Origin: Candidatus Dormiibacterota bacterium
Lineage (GTDB): Bacteria; Chloroflexota; Dormibacteria; CF-121
Length of the DNA: 64,000 nt
Direction: 5' to 3'
NCBI GenBank assembly: GCA_035936995.1
Contig: DASYVR010000002.1
Span: 5,311 to 69,310, forward strand
A program made the position numbers and the translations under genes. The notes under the pieces are model-generated. The model saw only the letters and a program-made list of their open reading frames with translations, was not told where the DNA came from and searched no databases. This document shows positions 8,830-18,701 of the stretch, piece after piece (the first letter of the stretch is position 1; each line of letters starts with the position of its first letter).

Positions 8830-11211
8830 TCAGTACGGCCAGGTCCAGTCGCGCACGTCCGGCACGTCCTCGCCGTGGTCCCGGGTGTACTGCCGGTGCC
8901 GCAGCCGCTCGTCCATCATGTGCTGGCGCACGTGCCCGGCGCGCGAGCCCAGCCCGGGAACCCGGTCGATGACGTCCATCACCAGGTGGAAGCGATCCAG
9001 GTCATTCAGCATCACCATGTCGAACGGCGTCGTCGTCGTGCCCTCCTCTTTGTATCCCCGGACGTGCAGATTGTTGTGGTTCTTCCGCCGGTAGGTCAGG
9101 CGATGGATCAGCCAGGGATAGCCGTGATAGGCGAAGATCACCGGCCGGTTGGTGGTGAAGAGCGCGTCGAACTCCGCGTCGGAGAGGCCGTGCGGATGCT
9201 CCGCCTCGGGTTGGAGCTTCATCAGGTCGACCACATTGACGACGCGCACCTTGAGATCGGGCAGGTGCTGACGGATCAGGTCGGCCGCGGCCAGCGTTTC
9301 CAGCGTCGGGATGTCGCCGGCGCACGCCATTACCACGTCCGGCTCGCCGGTGTCGTTGCTGGCCCAGTCCCAGATCCCGATCCCTCGGGTGCAATGGACG
9401 ATCGCGTCGTCCATCGGCAGGTAGTTGAGTGAGCGCTGCTTGCCGGCCACGATCACGTTCACGTACTGCTTGCTCTTCAGGCAATGGTCTGCAATGGAGA
9501 GCAGGCAGTTCGTATCGGGAGCCAGGTAGACGCGCACGACCTCGGGTTTCTTGTTCAGGACGACGTCGATGAAGCCCGGATCCTGGTGGGTGAAGCCGTT
9601 ATGGTCCTGGCGCCAGACATGCGAGCTCAGCAGGTAATTGAACGACGGGATCGGCCGGCGCCACGGAATCCGGTTCGTCACCTCGAGCCATTTCGCGTGC
9701 TGGTTGAACATCGCGTCGACGATATGGATGAACGCCTCGTAGCAGTTGAACAGGCCGTGCCGGCCGGTCAACACATAGCCCTCGAGCCAGCCCTGGCAGA
9801 GGTGCTCGCTCAGCACCTCCATCACCCGGCCGCCGGGCGCGAGGTGATCATCGATCGGCAGGGTTTCCGCCACCCAGGTCCGGTTGGTCACCTCGAACAC
9901 GGCGCTGAGGCGGTTCGATGCCGTTTCATCCGGCCCCATCAAACGGAAGTTCCGCGGATTGTGGGCGATGACGTCCCGCAGGAACTGTCCCAGGACCTTG
10001 GTTGCCTCGTCAAAGGTGGTCCCGGGCTTGTCGACCTTGACCGCGTACTCGCGGAAGTCCGGCAGCCGCAGGGCCTGGGTCAACTCGCCGCCATTCGCGT
10101 GCGGATTCGCGCTCATCCGCCGCGGGCCTCTTGGTGGCAGCTCCGCCAGCTCGGCAAGCAGCGTACCGTTGTCGTCGAACAGCTGCTCGGCATGGTAGCT
10201 GCGCAACCAGTCATCCAGGATCCGCAGGTGCTCCGGGTTCGTCATGTCGTCGACCGGCACCTGGTGCGACCGCCAGGTTCCCTCGACCGGCAAACCGTCA
10301 ACGACCTTCGGGCCGGTCCAGCCCTTCGGGGTGCGCATCACGATCATCGGCCACAGGGGACGGGTCGCCCGCTTCTTCCTGCGCGCCGCCCCCTGGATTT
10401 CCTCGATCTCGTCGAGCACGAGCTCGAGCAGCGCCGCCATTCGCTGGTGCATGTCCATCGGGTCATCACCGGCGATGATGTACGGGGTGTAGCCGTAGCC
10501 CTCGAGCAACTGGCGTAGCTCGCTCTCAGGGATTCGCGCCAACACCGTGGGGTTCGCGATCTTCCACCCATTCAAGTGAAGGATGGGAAGCACTACGCCG
10601 TCGGTAATCGGGTCGAGGAACTTGTTCGAGTGCCAGCTGGCTGCAAGCGGGCCGGTCTCGGCCTCGCCGTCCCCCACCACGCAGAAGACCTTGAGGTCCG
10701 GGTTGTCGAAGGCGGCGCCGTAGGCGTGGGTCAGCGCGTACCCCAGCTCGCCTCCCTCGTGGATCGATCCGGGCGTCTCCGGCGCATCGTGGCTCGGAAT
10801 CCCGCCTGGGAATGAGAATTGCCGGAAGAGCTTTTGCAAGCCGATAACATCTCGGCTGACCGCGGGATAGACCTCGCTGTAGGTTCCCTCGAGATAGGCG
10901 TTCGCGACCATCGCCGGCCCGCCGTGGCCCGGGCCGCAGATGAAGATGGCGTCGAGATCCCGCGCCTTGATCACCCGGTTCAGATGCGCGTACAAGAAGT
11001 TGAGACCAGGGGTCGTCCCCCAGTGACCAAGCAGGCGCGGCTTGATGTGCTTTACCTGGAGTGGCTCGCGTAACAGCGGGTTGTCCAGCAGGTAGATCTG
11101 GCCGACAGAAAGGTAGTTGGCCGAGCGCCAGTACGCGTGCAGCTTCTTGAGTTCGTCCGCGTTCAGCGGCCCTTCAGCGAGCGCGGCAGCCGGTCGCGGC
11201 TCAGTTTGCAT
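8830..11211 (-). CDS. xfp: Xylulose-5-phosphate/fructose-6-phosphate phosphoketolase
   Basis: EGGELGY and GDGEAETGP signatures; start trimmed to MQTEP... (ATG at 11211, GAGGGG RBS upstream) because phosphoketolases begin at the ...[22 protein letters not shown] region. Confidence 0.88.
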   Translation of the reverse strand: MQTEPRPAAALAEGPLNADELKKLHAYWRSANYLSVGQIYLLDNPLLREPLQVKHIKPRLLGHWGTTPGLNFLYAHLNRVIKARDLDAIFICGPGHGGPAMVANAYLEGTYSEVYPAVSRDVIGLQKLFRQFSFPGGIPSHDAPETPGSIHEGGELGYALTHAYGAAFDNPDLKVFCVVGDGEAETGPLAASWHSNKFLDPITDGVVLPILHLNGWKIANPTVLARIPESELRQLLEGYGYTPYIIAGDDPMDMHQRMAALLELVLDEIEEIQGAARRKKRATRPLWPMIVMRTPKGWTGPKVVDGLPVEGTWRSHQVPVDDMTNPEHLRILDDWLRSYHAEQLFDDNGTLLAELAELPPRGPRRMSANPHANGGELTQALRLPDFREYAVKVDKPGTTFDEATKVLGQFLRDVIAHNPRNFRLMGPDETASNRLSAVFEVTNRTWVAETLPIDDHLAPGGRVMEVLSEHLCQGWLEGYVLTGRHGLFNCYEAFIHIVDAMFNQHAKWLEVTNRIPWRRPIPSFNYLLSSHVWRQDHNGFTHQDPGFIDVVLNKKPEVVRVYLAPDTNCLLSIADHCLKSKQYVNVIVAGKQRSLNYLPMDDAIVHCTRGIGIWDWASNDTGEPDVVMACAGDIPTLETLAAADLIRQHLPDLKVRVVNVVDLMKLQPEAEHPHGLSDAEFDALFTTNRPVIFAYHGYPWLIHRLTYRRKNHNNLHVRGYKEEGTTTTPFDMVMLNDLDRFHLVMDVIDRVPGLGSRAGHVRQHMMDERLRHRQYTRDHGEDVPDVRDWTWPY

Positions 11212-11279
11212 ACCCCTCACGATAACGTGACAAGCCCCTGTAGGGTTTTGCGCCGAGCAGCCAATAGACTGGCCTCGGG

Positions 11280-12344
11280 ATGAGGAAAACTCTATCGAAA
11301 CGCAAGTCGACCACGGCGGCGAAGCGTAATCCGGCTGCAAAGAAGCGCAAGCCGACGCCATCGCCGGCACCATCACCGAACCCGAGCCCGAAGGGTCCAA
11401 TTCAACACGTGGTGATCATCGTCAAGGAGAACCACGCCTTCGATAACTACTTCGGCCGTTTTCCCGGCGCCGACGGTGACCCGAATCTGGCGCTCGCCTC
11501 CGATCCGCCGTCAGCCGATCATCCGCACGATCATGCGGCCTGGCTCAAGCGTGCCACCGGTGCCGCGAAAGAACAGTACGCGCAGCCGAACATCCCGAAC
11601 TACTGGCGCTACGCGCAGCAGTACACGCTTTGCGACAAATACTTCACCGCGGTCGCCGGTCCATCAACGCCCAACCACTTGATGCTGATCGCGGCGGATT
11701 CGCCAATCATCAACAACCCTCACTACCGCGACCCGATCAACCAGCAGCCACCATTCAACCTTCCGTCGCTCCCGGCCAACCTCGAGAAAGCTGGCCTCAC
11801 CTGGCGGAACTACGGTGGATACGCGCAGGGCTACATCACGGCGTTGAAGGGGAGCAAGAACAATGTCAAGGCGCCGCACTTCGCAACTGATGCCGCCGCT
11901 GGAAAACTTCCGAACGTCTCATGGCTCTACGGACCAACCGGGATGAGCGAGCACCCCGTCGAATCGGTCAAGGCCGGCCAGCACTGGACGGCGCAACAAG
12001 TCGATGCGATCGTCAAGGGTGGCCTGTGGCCGAACACCGTCATCTTCATCACCTGGGACGACTGGGGCGGTTGGTACGACCACATCACCCCGCCGCTGGT
12101 CGAGAAATGGACGGACGGCACCCAGTTCACCTATGGGACGCGCGTCGGCTGCCTGGTGCTGAGCCCATTCGCGAAGGCCGGATACATCTCGCATACCCAG
12201 CACTCGCACGTGAGCCTGGTCAAGTTCTGTGAGAAGACCTTCGGCCTGCCGCCGATCAACGCGCGCGACAAGGCCGCCGATGACATGTCCGATTGCTTCG
12301 ACTTCACGCAGAAGCCGCTCGCCGCACCAGGACCGGCTGTCTAA
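11280..12344 (+). CDS. Phosphoesterase family protein (phospholipase C / acid phosphatase-like) with K/P-rich N-terminal tail
   Basis: [23 protein letters not shown] motif typical of the phosphoesterase (PLC/AcpA) family. Confidence 0.65.
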   Translation: MRKTLSKRKSTTAAKRNPAAKKRKPTPSPAPSPNPSPKGPIQHVVIIVKENHAFDNYFGRFPGADGDPNLALASDPPSADHPHDHAAWLKRATGAAKEQYAQPNIPNYWRYAQQYTLCDKYFTAVAGPSTPNHLMLIAADSPIINNPHYRDPINQQPPFNLPSLPANLEKAGLTWRNYGGYAQGYITALKGSKNNVKAPHFATDAAAGKLPNVSWLYGPTGMSEHPVESVKAGQHWTAQQVDAIVKGGLWPNTVIFITWDDWGGWYDHITPPLVEKWTDGTQFTYGTRVGCLVLSPFAKAGYISHTQHSHVSLVKFCEKTFGLPPINARDKAADDMSDCFDFTQKPLAAPGPAV

Positions 12345-12370
12345 TTCACTCCCCATGCGGGGAATGCAAC

Positions 12371-12435
12371 TCCTTCCGCCCTTGCGGGGACTGAAGCTCC
12401 CTCCGCCCTTGCGGGGGAGGGTCGGGGTGGGGGGT
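12371..12435 (+). repeat. G/C-rich hairpin repeat, two tandem copies (one degenerate)
   Basis: ctccttccgcccttgcgggga... then ctccctccgcccttgcgggggagggtcggggtggggggt. Confidence 0.8.
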
Positions 12436-12463
12436 TTGGACTTGCGCACATGGCGCGTTTATA

Positions 12464-12877
12464 TTGGTCTCAGCCGTGATCCCTCTCGCGATTCACTGCG
12501 GACCAATCGGTGGCGGCTTCGGTTGTGACATGGGCTCCCTGCCGGCGCCGCCTATTGCCCTCACATGGATTCTCTATGGCATCGCGCTTGCTGGCCTGGG
12601 ACTGGGGCTTCATGCGCTTTTCACCGGGCGGCTCGCCGTCAGGTTTGGAAGGCTAAGGGAGATTTCGAACGCCCGAGCCGCTCGCCTTGTAGGGCTGAGC
12701 TTGCTACTGGATTCACTCGTCTCGATCGAGATCGCCCGTGAGTTTGAGGTCTTGAGCAACCACGTCGAGCCGCCTCATTGGACCGGGCTCTTGCTGTTTG
12801 CTTCGTTCATCGTCGCCACGCTTCTACAGTGGCTCGCCTTCCGAATCGATCGGCGTTCCGAGCCTGCTCCCCAATAG
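12464..12877 (+). CDS. Hypothetical membrane protein
   Basis: 137 aa ORF with 3-4 hydrophobic helices. Confidence 0.4.
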   Translation: MVSAVIPLAIHCGPIGGGFGCDMGSLPAPPIALTWILYGIALAGLGLGLHALFTGRLAVRFGRLREISNARAARLVGLSLLLDSLVSIEIAREFEVLSNHVEPPHWTGLLLFASFIVATLLQWLAFRIDRRSEPAPQ

Positions 12878-12895
12878 CTTCGGCGACAAGCTCAT

Positions 12896-12964
12896 ATGAC
12901 CGCCGCCGACCGGGCGCTCTACCAGGCCAAAGCCGGCGGCCATAACCGCGTCGCCGCCGCCTGA
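12896..12964 (+). pseudogene. Relic of a GGDEF (diguanylate cyclase) C-terminus
   Basis: 22-codon ORF MTAADRALYQAKAGGHNRVAAA matches the conserved GGDEF C-terminal A-D-x-A-L-Y-x-A-K-x-x-G-R/H-N-R-V block; no upstream domain present. Confidence 0.4.
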
Positions 12965-13059
12965 ACGCCGCCTCACCCGCGCCAACCTCTGGCGGCGTCT
13001 GAAGGAGTGGACGGCAAGAAAGCCGCCAGATCCAACGGACTCATAGGAGGCAAACCGTT

Positions 13060-13782
13060 ATGTCCTCGATTACCCTACCGTACGCCCGATTGACACTCGG
13101 CCTGGCGCTGGCCGCGGGGGCCATCACCCTGACGGGCGCCCTGCAGGCGTCTGCCGATACCCTGGGCGCGTTCACCTGCACCGATAAGTCCGGAGGCGTC
13201 GCCGGCGCGGCCGGGACGGTGTACGACGTCAGGGTCGCGCACCACGATGGCTATGACCGGCTTGTTATCGGGTTTCCCACCGCCAACACCATGCCGCAAT
13301 ACCAGCTGACGCAGCAGGCGACGGCACACTTCGTCCGCGACGCGAGCGGCCAGCCCGTCACCCTCAACGGCTCGGCCGGTCTCCGGGTTGTACTTCGGAA
13401 CACCGATATCGTCAACGGTGCTCCGAGCGACCTCAAGCCCAGCCTGCCTGCGATCCGTGAAGTGACACGGATCGGCGACTTCGAGCGGGTCGTCAGCTAC
13501 GGCGTCGGTCTCGCGACGCCCGCCTGCTTCCGCGTTCTCGAGCTCAGCGGGCCAACTCGCCTGGTAATCGACGTCCAAACTCCGGCGGCCGCTCCGGCCG
13601 CGACCGCTGCGCCGTCAACGGCCGCTAGCCAGCCCGCGACCCCATCCGATCTCGCCGCGACCGGCCACCCGGCCCAGCCTGCGCAACCCGTGAACTTCCC
13701 GGTCACTGCCCTGATCCTGGGGCTGCTCGCCGTGACGGCGGGGCTTACCATCGCCGGCCTCCGGCGATTCGCGAGGAAATGA
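13060..13782 (+). CDS. Cell-wall-anchored surface protein (LAATG sorting signal) carrying one copy of an uncharacterised ~130 aa domain
   Basis: Signal peptide; C-terminus has P/A-rich linker, LAATG, hydrophobic helix, RRFARK tail (class-E sortase LAXTG-type signal); domain shares TCTDKSGG, HDGYDRLV, GDFERVVSYG, RVLELSGPTRLVIDVQTP blocks with the anti-sigma factor. Confidence 0.6.
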   Translation: MSSITLPYARLTLGLALAAGAITLTGALQASADTLGAFTCTDKSGGVAGAAGTVYDVRVAHHDGYDRLVIGFPTANTMPQYQLTQQATAHFVRDASGQPVTLNGSAGLRVVLRNTDIVNGAPSDLKPSLPAIREVTRIGDFERVVSYGVGLATPACFRVLELSGPTRLVIDVQTPAAAPAATAAPSTAASQPATPSDLAATGHPAQPAQPVNFPVTALILGLLAVTAGLTIAGLRRFARK

Positions 13783-13796
13783 CCCTCTTTCGGCCA

Positions 13797-13848
13797 ATCC
13801 CCTCCCCACGATTTCCCTCCCCCTCACGAGGAGGGCAGGGTGGGGGCC
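13797..13848 (+). repeat. G/C-rich hairpin repeat copy
   Basis: cccctccccacgatttccctccccctcacgaggagggcagggtgggggcc. Confidence 0.85.
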
Positions 13849-13891
13849 TTCGTCACCCGTCCACGGCACCCGGAGCGTCGATAGGATTGGC

Positions 13892-14428
13892 ATGCTTATG
13901 GACCCGACGTTCGGGCGCGTCATCGAGCGGTGGCGCGCCGGCGATCGCGACGCCTTCGAAGAGGTCATGGATCGCTACGGCCTGCAGCTGCTCCGAACCG
14001 CCCGCTTGATTCTTCGCGACGAGGCGTTGGCCGAGGACGCCATCCAGGAAACGTTTCTCAAGGCCTGGCAGCGGATCGGCAGTTTGCACGACGAAGATCC
14101 CGGACCCTGGCTCACCAGAATCGCAATGAATGAAAGCATCTCGGCGTACCGGCGACGGCACCGCTTCCAGGCGCTGACCGAGCGGTTTGGCCGCTTGGGT
14201 GGCGCCAAGCGCGAGGTCTCCAGCGAGGCGCGCCTGGACCTGGCACACGCGCTCGACCAGCTGACCGCCGAGCAGCGCGCTGCGGTCGCCCTTCACTACT
14301 ACCAGGACTTGAGCGTTGACGAGACAGCGCGGGCACTGAGGGTCCCGGTGGACACCATCAAGTCGCGGTTGAAGACCGCGCTCCGCCGGCTTCGCGAGCT
14401 GACCGGAAGCGAGGAGGCGTTCGCATGA
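13892..14428 (+). CDS. ECF (sigma-70 family) RNA polymerase sigma factor
   Basis: Sigma-70 region 2 (FEEVMDRYGLQLLRTA...) and region 4 (LTAEQRAAVALHYYQDLSVDETA) signatures, 178 aa. Confidence 0.85.
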   Translation: MLMDPTFGRVIERWRAGDRDAFEEVMDRYGLQLLRTARLILRDEALAEDAIQETFLKAWQRIGSLHDEDPGPWLTRIAMNESISAYRRRHRFQALTERFGRLGGAKREVSSEARLDLAHALDQLTAEQRAAVALHYYQDLSVDETARALRVPVDTIKSRLKTALRRLRELTGSEEAFA

Positions 14429-15609
14429 GCGACGACTTCGAGAAGAACCTGCGCGACCACCTCCACAGCGAAGCGGAGGAAACGCGGGAGTTTCCGCGCC
14501 GGCTCCGCGGCCGCATCCGGGATGGCATCGCGCCTCGGTCGCGCGCCCGCATGGCGCCGCAGCTGGCGCTGGCCGGCGCGCTGGTGCTGGTCGCGGTCGC
14601 CGTGCTGGCGTTTCGCAACCCAACGATCATCAACGTGGTCACCACCAACATCAACAAAATCTTCCCGAGCCCGTCGCCGACACCGCAACCATTCACCTGT
14701 ACCGACCGGTCGGGAGGATCCGCAGGCCTTTCCGCCCAGTTGACCTCGATTCGAACGGCTCCCCACGACGGATACGATCGCGTCGTTTTCGAATTCGGCG
14801 GCGCCGGGATTCCGTCCTACGATCTCACCCGGCAAGATTCGGCAACGTTCACCCGTGATGCCAGCGGGCAAAACGTTACGCTCGACGGCGCTGCGGGTCT
14901 CAAGCTGGTCTTTCGCGATGCGGACGTTGCCTCCGGCGTCAGCACTGATCTGAAGCTACCGCTAATGGGTCTCCGGGAGATCGCCCAAATCGGTAGTCTC
15001 GAGCGGGTGCTGAGCTACGGCATTGGCATCTCGTCGTCCCAGTGCGTTCGGGTTCTTGAGCTCAGTGGACCATCCCGCCTCGTTGTCGACGTCGCGACCA
15101 CCGCCTCCGCATCAACGACGGCCGCCCCAACGCCACTGCCGACCACCCCCGCGGCCACGGACCTCGGGTCGTTTACCTGCCAGGACCGAAGCGGCGGAAC
15201 GAGCGGCAGCCCGGCCATGCAGTTGACTGACGTACGAGTCGCCCATCAACCCGGCTATGACCGGATCGTCTTCGAGTTCGCGCCGCTGGCTGGCGCATCA
15301 CCGCGGGTTCCTGCCTACACCCTGTCGCGCCAGGCGTCGGCCCATTTCGTCAAGGATCCAAGCGGGCAACCGATCACGATGCGCGGCAGCTACGGCCTAC
15401 GCGTCGTCTTCCAGCAAGCAACCGGCGCGAGCACCTACAACAAGAGCCGCGATCTCACCCCGAACCTTCCCGTCGTGCAAGAGGTCGAACAACTCGGCGA
15501 CTTCGAAGCCGTATTGAGCTGGGGCGCTGGCCTCTCGCGGCAGTCCTGCATACGCACGCTGGAGTTGAGTAACCCGACCCGCCTTGTCATCGACGTCCAG
15601 ACCCCCTGA
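14425..15609 (+). CDS. Anti-sigma factor: cytoplasmic N-terminus, one TM helix, two tandem copies of the same extracytoplasmic domain as the 13060 protein
   Basis: ATGA start/stop overlap with the sigma factor; TM at ~aa 45-65; duplicated FTCTDRSGG...DGYDRVVFEF...RVLELSGPSRLVVDV and FTCQDRSGG...GYDRIVFEF...RTLELSNPTRLVIDVQTP. Confidence 0.65.
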   Translation: MSDDFEKNLRDHLHSEAEETREFPRRLRGRIRDGIAPRSRARMAPQLALAGALVLVAVAVLAFRNPTIINVVTTNINKIFPSPSPTPQPFTCTDRSGGSAGLSAQLTSIRTAPHDGYDRVVFEFGGAGIPSYDLTRQDSATFTRDASGQNVTLDGAAGLKLVFRDADVASGVSTDLKLPLMGLREIAQIGSLERVLSYGIGISSSQCVRVLELSGPSRLVVDVATTASASTTAAPTPLPTTPAATDLGSFTCQDRSGGTSGSPAMQLTDVRVAHQPGYDRIVFEFAPLAGASPRVPAYTLSRQASAHFVKDPSGQPITMRGSYGLRVVFQQATGASTYNKSRDLTPNLPVVQEVEQLGDFEAVLSWGAGLSRQSCIRTLELSNPTRLVIDVQTP

Positions 15610-15613
15610 CGCC

Positions 15614-16174
15614 TTAGCGCGGCGTTTCCGCCGCCGGCTTGAACGGGGCGCCGTGACCGGGAACGATGAGCGCGGCGGCCTCCAGCACCCGCGCCCGGCT
15701 GCGGTGGAGCGCTGATGGATCGGACGCGAATGGGTCCTCGGCTGGCCCTTGCGCTGACCACCAGAGATGTGTGAACGCCACGGTGCCGGCACTCGTCGAG
15801 ACCAGCGTCGTGATGTCCTGCGGCGTGTGCCCGGGCGTCTCGATCAGACGGATCGATGGGCTGAGCGCAAAGCCTTCCGCCGCACGACTCTGCCACACGT
15901 CGCTCCGGTAGATAGCCCAGAAGTCATGAAAGCGGGCTCTGGGAAAGAGGGCCGCATTGAGCGTGTGGTCCGGGTGATGGTGCGAGAAGATCACGTCGGT
16001 GATCTCGTCCGGCGAATGGACCAGCTCCCTGAGCGGATCCAGGATGGCACCGGGTTCCGGCACCATCCCGGGGTCGATGATCGTCCGGACATTGCCATCG
16101 CGGACGAAGCTCACGGTGCCGGCGACCCGGTCCCCGACGTAGCCGGTAAACAGGATGCGGAATTCGGCACTCAA
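15614..16174 (-). CDS. MBL-fold metallo-hydrolase
   Basis: HHHPDH-type metal-binding motif, 186 aa. Confidence 0.7.
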   Translation of the reverse strand: MSAEFRILFTGYVGDRVAGTVSFVRDGNVRTIIDPGMVPEPGAILDPLRELVHSPDEITDVIFSHHHPDHTLNAALFPRARFHDFWAIYRSDVWQSRAAEGFALSPSIRLIETPGHTPQDITTLVSTSAGTVAFTHLWWSAQGPAEDPFASDPSALHRSRARVLEAAALIVPGHGAPFKPAAETPR

Positions 16175-16227
16175 CGCCCGTTGATTGTAAGATCGCTAGA
16201 ACCCTGACCCGGGAAGGAAGATTCGCT

Positions 16228-16746
16228 ATGAGTGTTACCGATGAGGTCTTGAAGAACAACGAGGCGTACGCCCGATCGTTCAACGCGGGCAACTTGCCCA
16301 TGCCGCCCGCCAAGAAGCTGTTCGTGCTGGCCTGCATGGACGCCCGTCTCCATGTGAGCAAAATCCTCGGCTTGAAGGAAGGCGACGCCCATGTCTTCCG
16401 TAACGCCGGCGGCGTCGCCACCATGGACGCGATTCGTTCGCTGGCGATCTCGCAGCGGCTACTCGGCACCGACGAAGTCGTCCTCATCCACCACACCGAC
16501 TGCGGCATGCTGACGTTCAAGGACGACGAGGTCAGCGCCCAGATCGAGGAGGAAACCGGCATCCGGCCCCCATTCAGACTCGAAGCGTTCTCCAACCTGG
16601 AAAAGGACGTGCGCCAATCGATCGCCCGGATCAGGGCCAGCCCCTTCATCCCGCACAAGGACAAGATCCGGGGGTTCATTTACGACGTGAAGGCCGGACG
16701 GCTGAACGAAGTCGCGGTGGAGGCCGCCACCGCCGGCCAGCGGTAG
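16228..16746 (+). CDS. Beta-class carbonic anhydrase
   Basis: CMDARL and HTDCGM zinc-ligand motifs. Confidence 0.85.
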   Translation: MSVTDEVLKNNEAYARSFNAGNLPMPPAKKLFVLACMDARLHVSKILGLKEGDAHVFRNAGGVATMDAIRSLAISQRLLGTDEVVLIHHTDCGMLTFKDDEVSAQIEEETGIRPPFRLEAFSNLEKDVRQSIARIRASPFIPHKDKIRGFIYDVKAGRLNEVAVEAATAGQR

Positions 16747-16767
16747 CCGGCGCCAGAAGCCACACCC

Positions 16768-17748
16768 ATGGCAACGTCGACCAAGCTGACCAACCCGACC
16801 TACCTCGATTACTCCGGCCGGGCCGATGCGCTCAGTGGCGGGGTCACGATGATCCCGATTGAGACGGCGAAGGGCTCCTTCCGCGTGTGGACGAAGCGCG
16901 TTGGCAACAACCCGACGACGCGGTTGCTTCTTCTGCACGGGGGCCCGGGCGCGACGCACGAGTACTTCGAAGCCTGCGACTCCTACCTGCCAGGGGCGGG
17001 CATCGAGTATTACTACTACGACCAGCTCGGATCCGCATACAGCGATCAGCCCGAGGACGAAGAGTTGTGGACGATCCCCCGCTTCGTCGACGAGGTGGAG
17101 CAGGTCCGCCGGGCGCTTGGCCTGGACCGGGACAACTTCTATCTCCTGGGTCACTCCTGGGGCGGGGTCCTTGCGATCGAATACGCGCTACGGTATCAGG
17201 GTCATCTCAAAGGTCTCGTGATTTCCAACATGATGGCCAGCATTCCCGCGTACAACGCCTACGCGCAGACGGTGCTCATGCCGGCAATGGACCAGACCGC
17301 GCTCGCCGAGATCAAGCGCTTCGAAGCCGACAAAGATTACGAGAACCCGCGCTACATGGAGCTCCTCGTCGAGCACCATTACGTCCATCACGTGCTCCGG
17401 ATGCCGGCCGACCAATGGCCCGATCCGGTAAACCGCGCCTTCAACCGACTCAACAAAGCGATCTACATTCCGCTGCAGGGTCCGAGCGAGCTCGGCGCGA
17501 GCGGCAAGCTTGAGCACTGGGACCGCACCGCGGACCTGGGGAAGATCACGGTCCCGACCCTGACCATTGGCGCCCAGTACGACACCATGGACCCGGAGCA
17601 TATGAGGTGGATGGCGGGGCAGCTGCAGCACGGACGCTACCTGGCGTGCCCTGGTGGCAGCCACATGGCCATGTACGACAGCCAGGCAGCCTACTTTGAC
17701 GGGCTGATCAGCTTCATTCGCGACCGAGAAGAAGGCGTCTTTCCCTAG
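16768..17748 (+). CDS. pip: Proline iminopeptidase (alpha/beta hydrolase, S33)
   Basis: GHSWGG nucleophile elbow, HGGPG oxyanion region, 326 aa. Confidence 0.8.
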   Translation: MATSTKLTNPTYLDYSGRADALSGGVTMIPIETAKGSFRVWTKRVGNNPTTRLLLLHGGPGATHEYFEACDSYLPGAGIEYYYYDQLGSAYSDQPEDEELWTIPRFVDEVEQVRRALGLDRDNFYLLGHSWGGVLAIEYALRYQGHLKGLVISNMMASIPAYNAYAQTVLMPAMDQTALAEIKRFEADKDYENPRYMELLVEHHYVHHVLRMPADQWPDPVNRAFNRLNKAIYIPLQGPSELGASGKLEHWDRTADLGKITVPTLTIGAQYDTMDPEHMRWMAGQLQHGRYLACPGGSHMAMYDSQAAYFDGLISFIRDREEGVFP

Positions 17749-17831
17749 GCAAACCCTCCCCCACCGGTCGCTCAACCGCCGTCCCTATTTGGAAAGCAAG
17801 CCTCACTAGAACCCCGCCGTTACATCTGCCG

Positions 17832-18686
17832 TTGAATCGGCCCCGACGCCCTCCAGTGCCCTCGGCGGTGGTTTTCACGATTAATGCGATCGCGATCTCC
17901 TGGCTATGCTGGCTCCCGCTGGTCGCGACCAACCACGGCATCGGGAATGTCCCGCCCTCGCTGGTCCCGCTGCTGGTCCTGCTGGGCACCTTCGGCCCCT
18001 TCCTCAGCGCGGTGACCATCGTCGCTCGTCGGTCGGGGTTCCGCGGCCTGGGGCAGTTTATCGGCCAGGCTTTTCGCTGGCGGGTTGGCATCCAGTGGTA
18101 TGCCGCCGCACTCGTCGCGCCCGCCGCGATCCGGATTGCGGTTCTCTACGTGCACGTTTTGAAAGGCGGCACATTCCCCGACCTGTCGGATACGACGCGC
18201 TGGCTCGCCATCCCCTCGACCTTCCTCCTGGTGCTGCTCATCGGCGGACCGACGGGTGAGGAATTTGGCTGGCGCGGATTTCTCCTCCAGCGCATGCAGC
18301 CGGTCACGGGGGTGCTGGGGGCGTCGATCCTGATCGGGGTGATCACGGCTTTCTGGCATCTGCCGCTGTTTTGGATCCCGAGCACGGCCCAGAGCCATCT
18401 GCCCTTCGCCATCTTCGCGGTGCGCACGGTGGCGCTCTCGATCATTTCGACCTGGCTGTACAACGGCACCCGGAGGAGCCTGCTGTTCGTCCTCCTCTTC
18501 CACGCCTCGCTGAACACCTGGCCGAATACCATGTACATCCTCGAAGCGGAGGGAACGATCGGCCCTTACCTCAGCACCACCATCATCTACTCAGGGTGGG
18601 CTCTCCAGCTGTTCATCCTGGGTCTCCTCCGTGGCCGAGGCGACCGCCGCCAACCGGCGGACGCGACCCCGGCCGTCGCCGCCTGA
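17832..18686 (+). CDS. CPBP family intramembrane glutamic endopeptidase (CAAX protease-like)
   Basis: EEFGWRGFL (EExxxR) and FWH/HASLN motifs, multi-TM. Confidence 0.75.
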   Translation: MNRPRRPPVPSAVVFTINAIAISWLCWLPLVATNHGIGNVPPSLVPLLVLLGTFGPFLSAVTIVARRSGFRGLGQFIGQAFRWRVGIQWYAAALVAPAAIRIAVLYVHVLKGGTFPDLSDTTRWLAIPSTFLLVLLIGGPTGEEFGWRGFLLQRMQPVTGVLGASILIGVITAFWHLPLFWIPSTAQSHLPFAIFAVRTVALSIISTWLYNGTRRSLLFVLLFHASLNTWPNTMYILEAEGTIGPYLSTTIIYSGWALQLFILGLLRGRGDRRQPADATPAVAA

Positions 18687-18701
18687 CCCTCAACCGCGCG
18701 A

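Noticed and set aside
9484-10518. 344-aa plus-strand ORF inside the phosphoketolase gene
   Set aside because: Antisense to the strongly supported xfp gene.
17749-17775. Possible extra repeat copy (tttccctaggcaaaccctcccccacc)
   Set aside because: Only a half-site; no complementary arm or G-tail.
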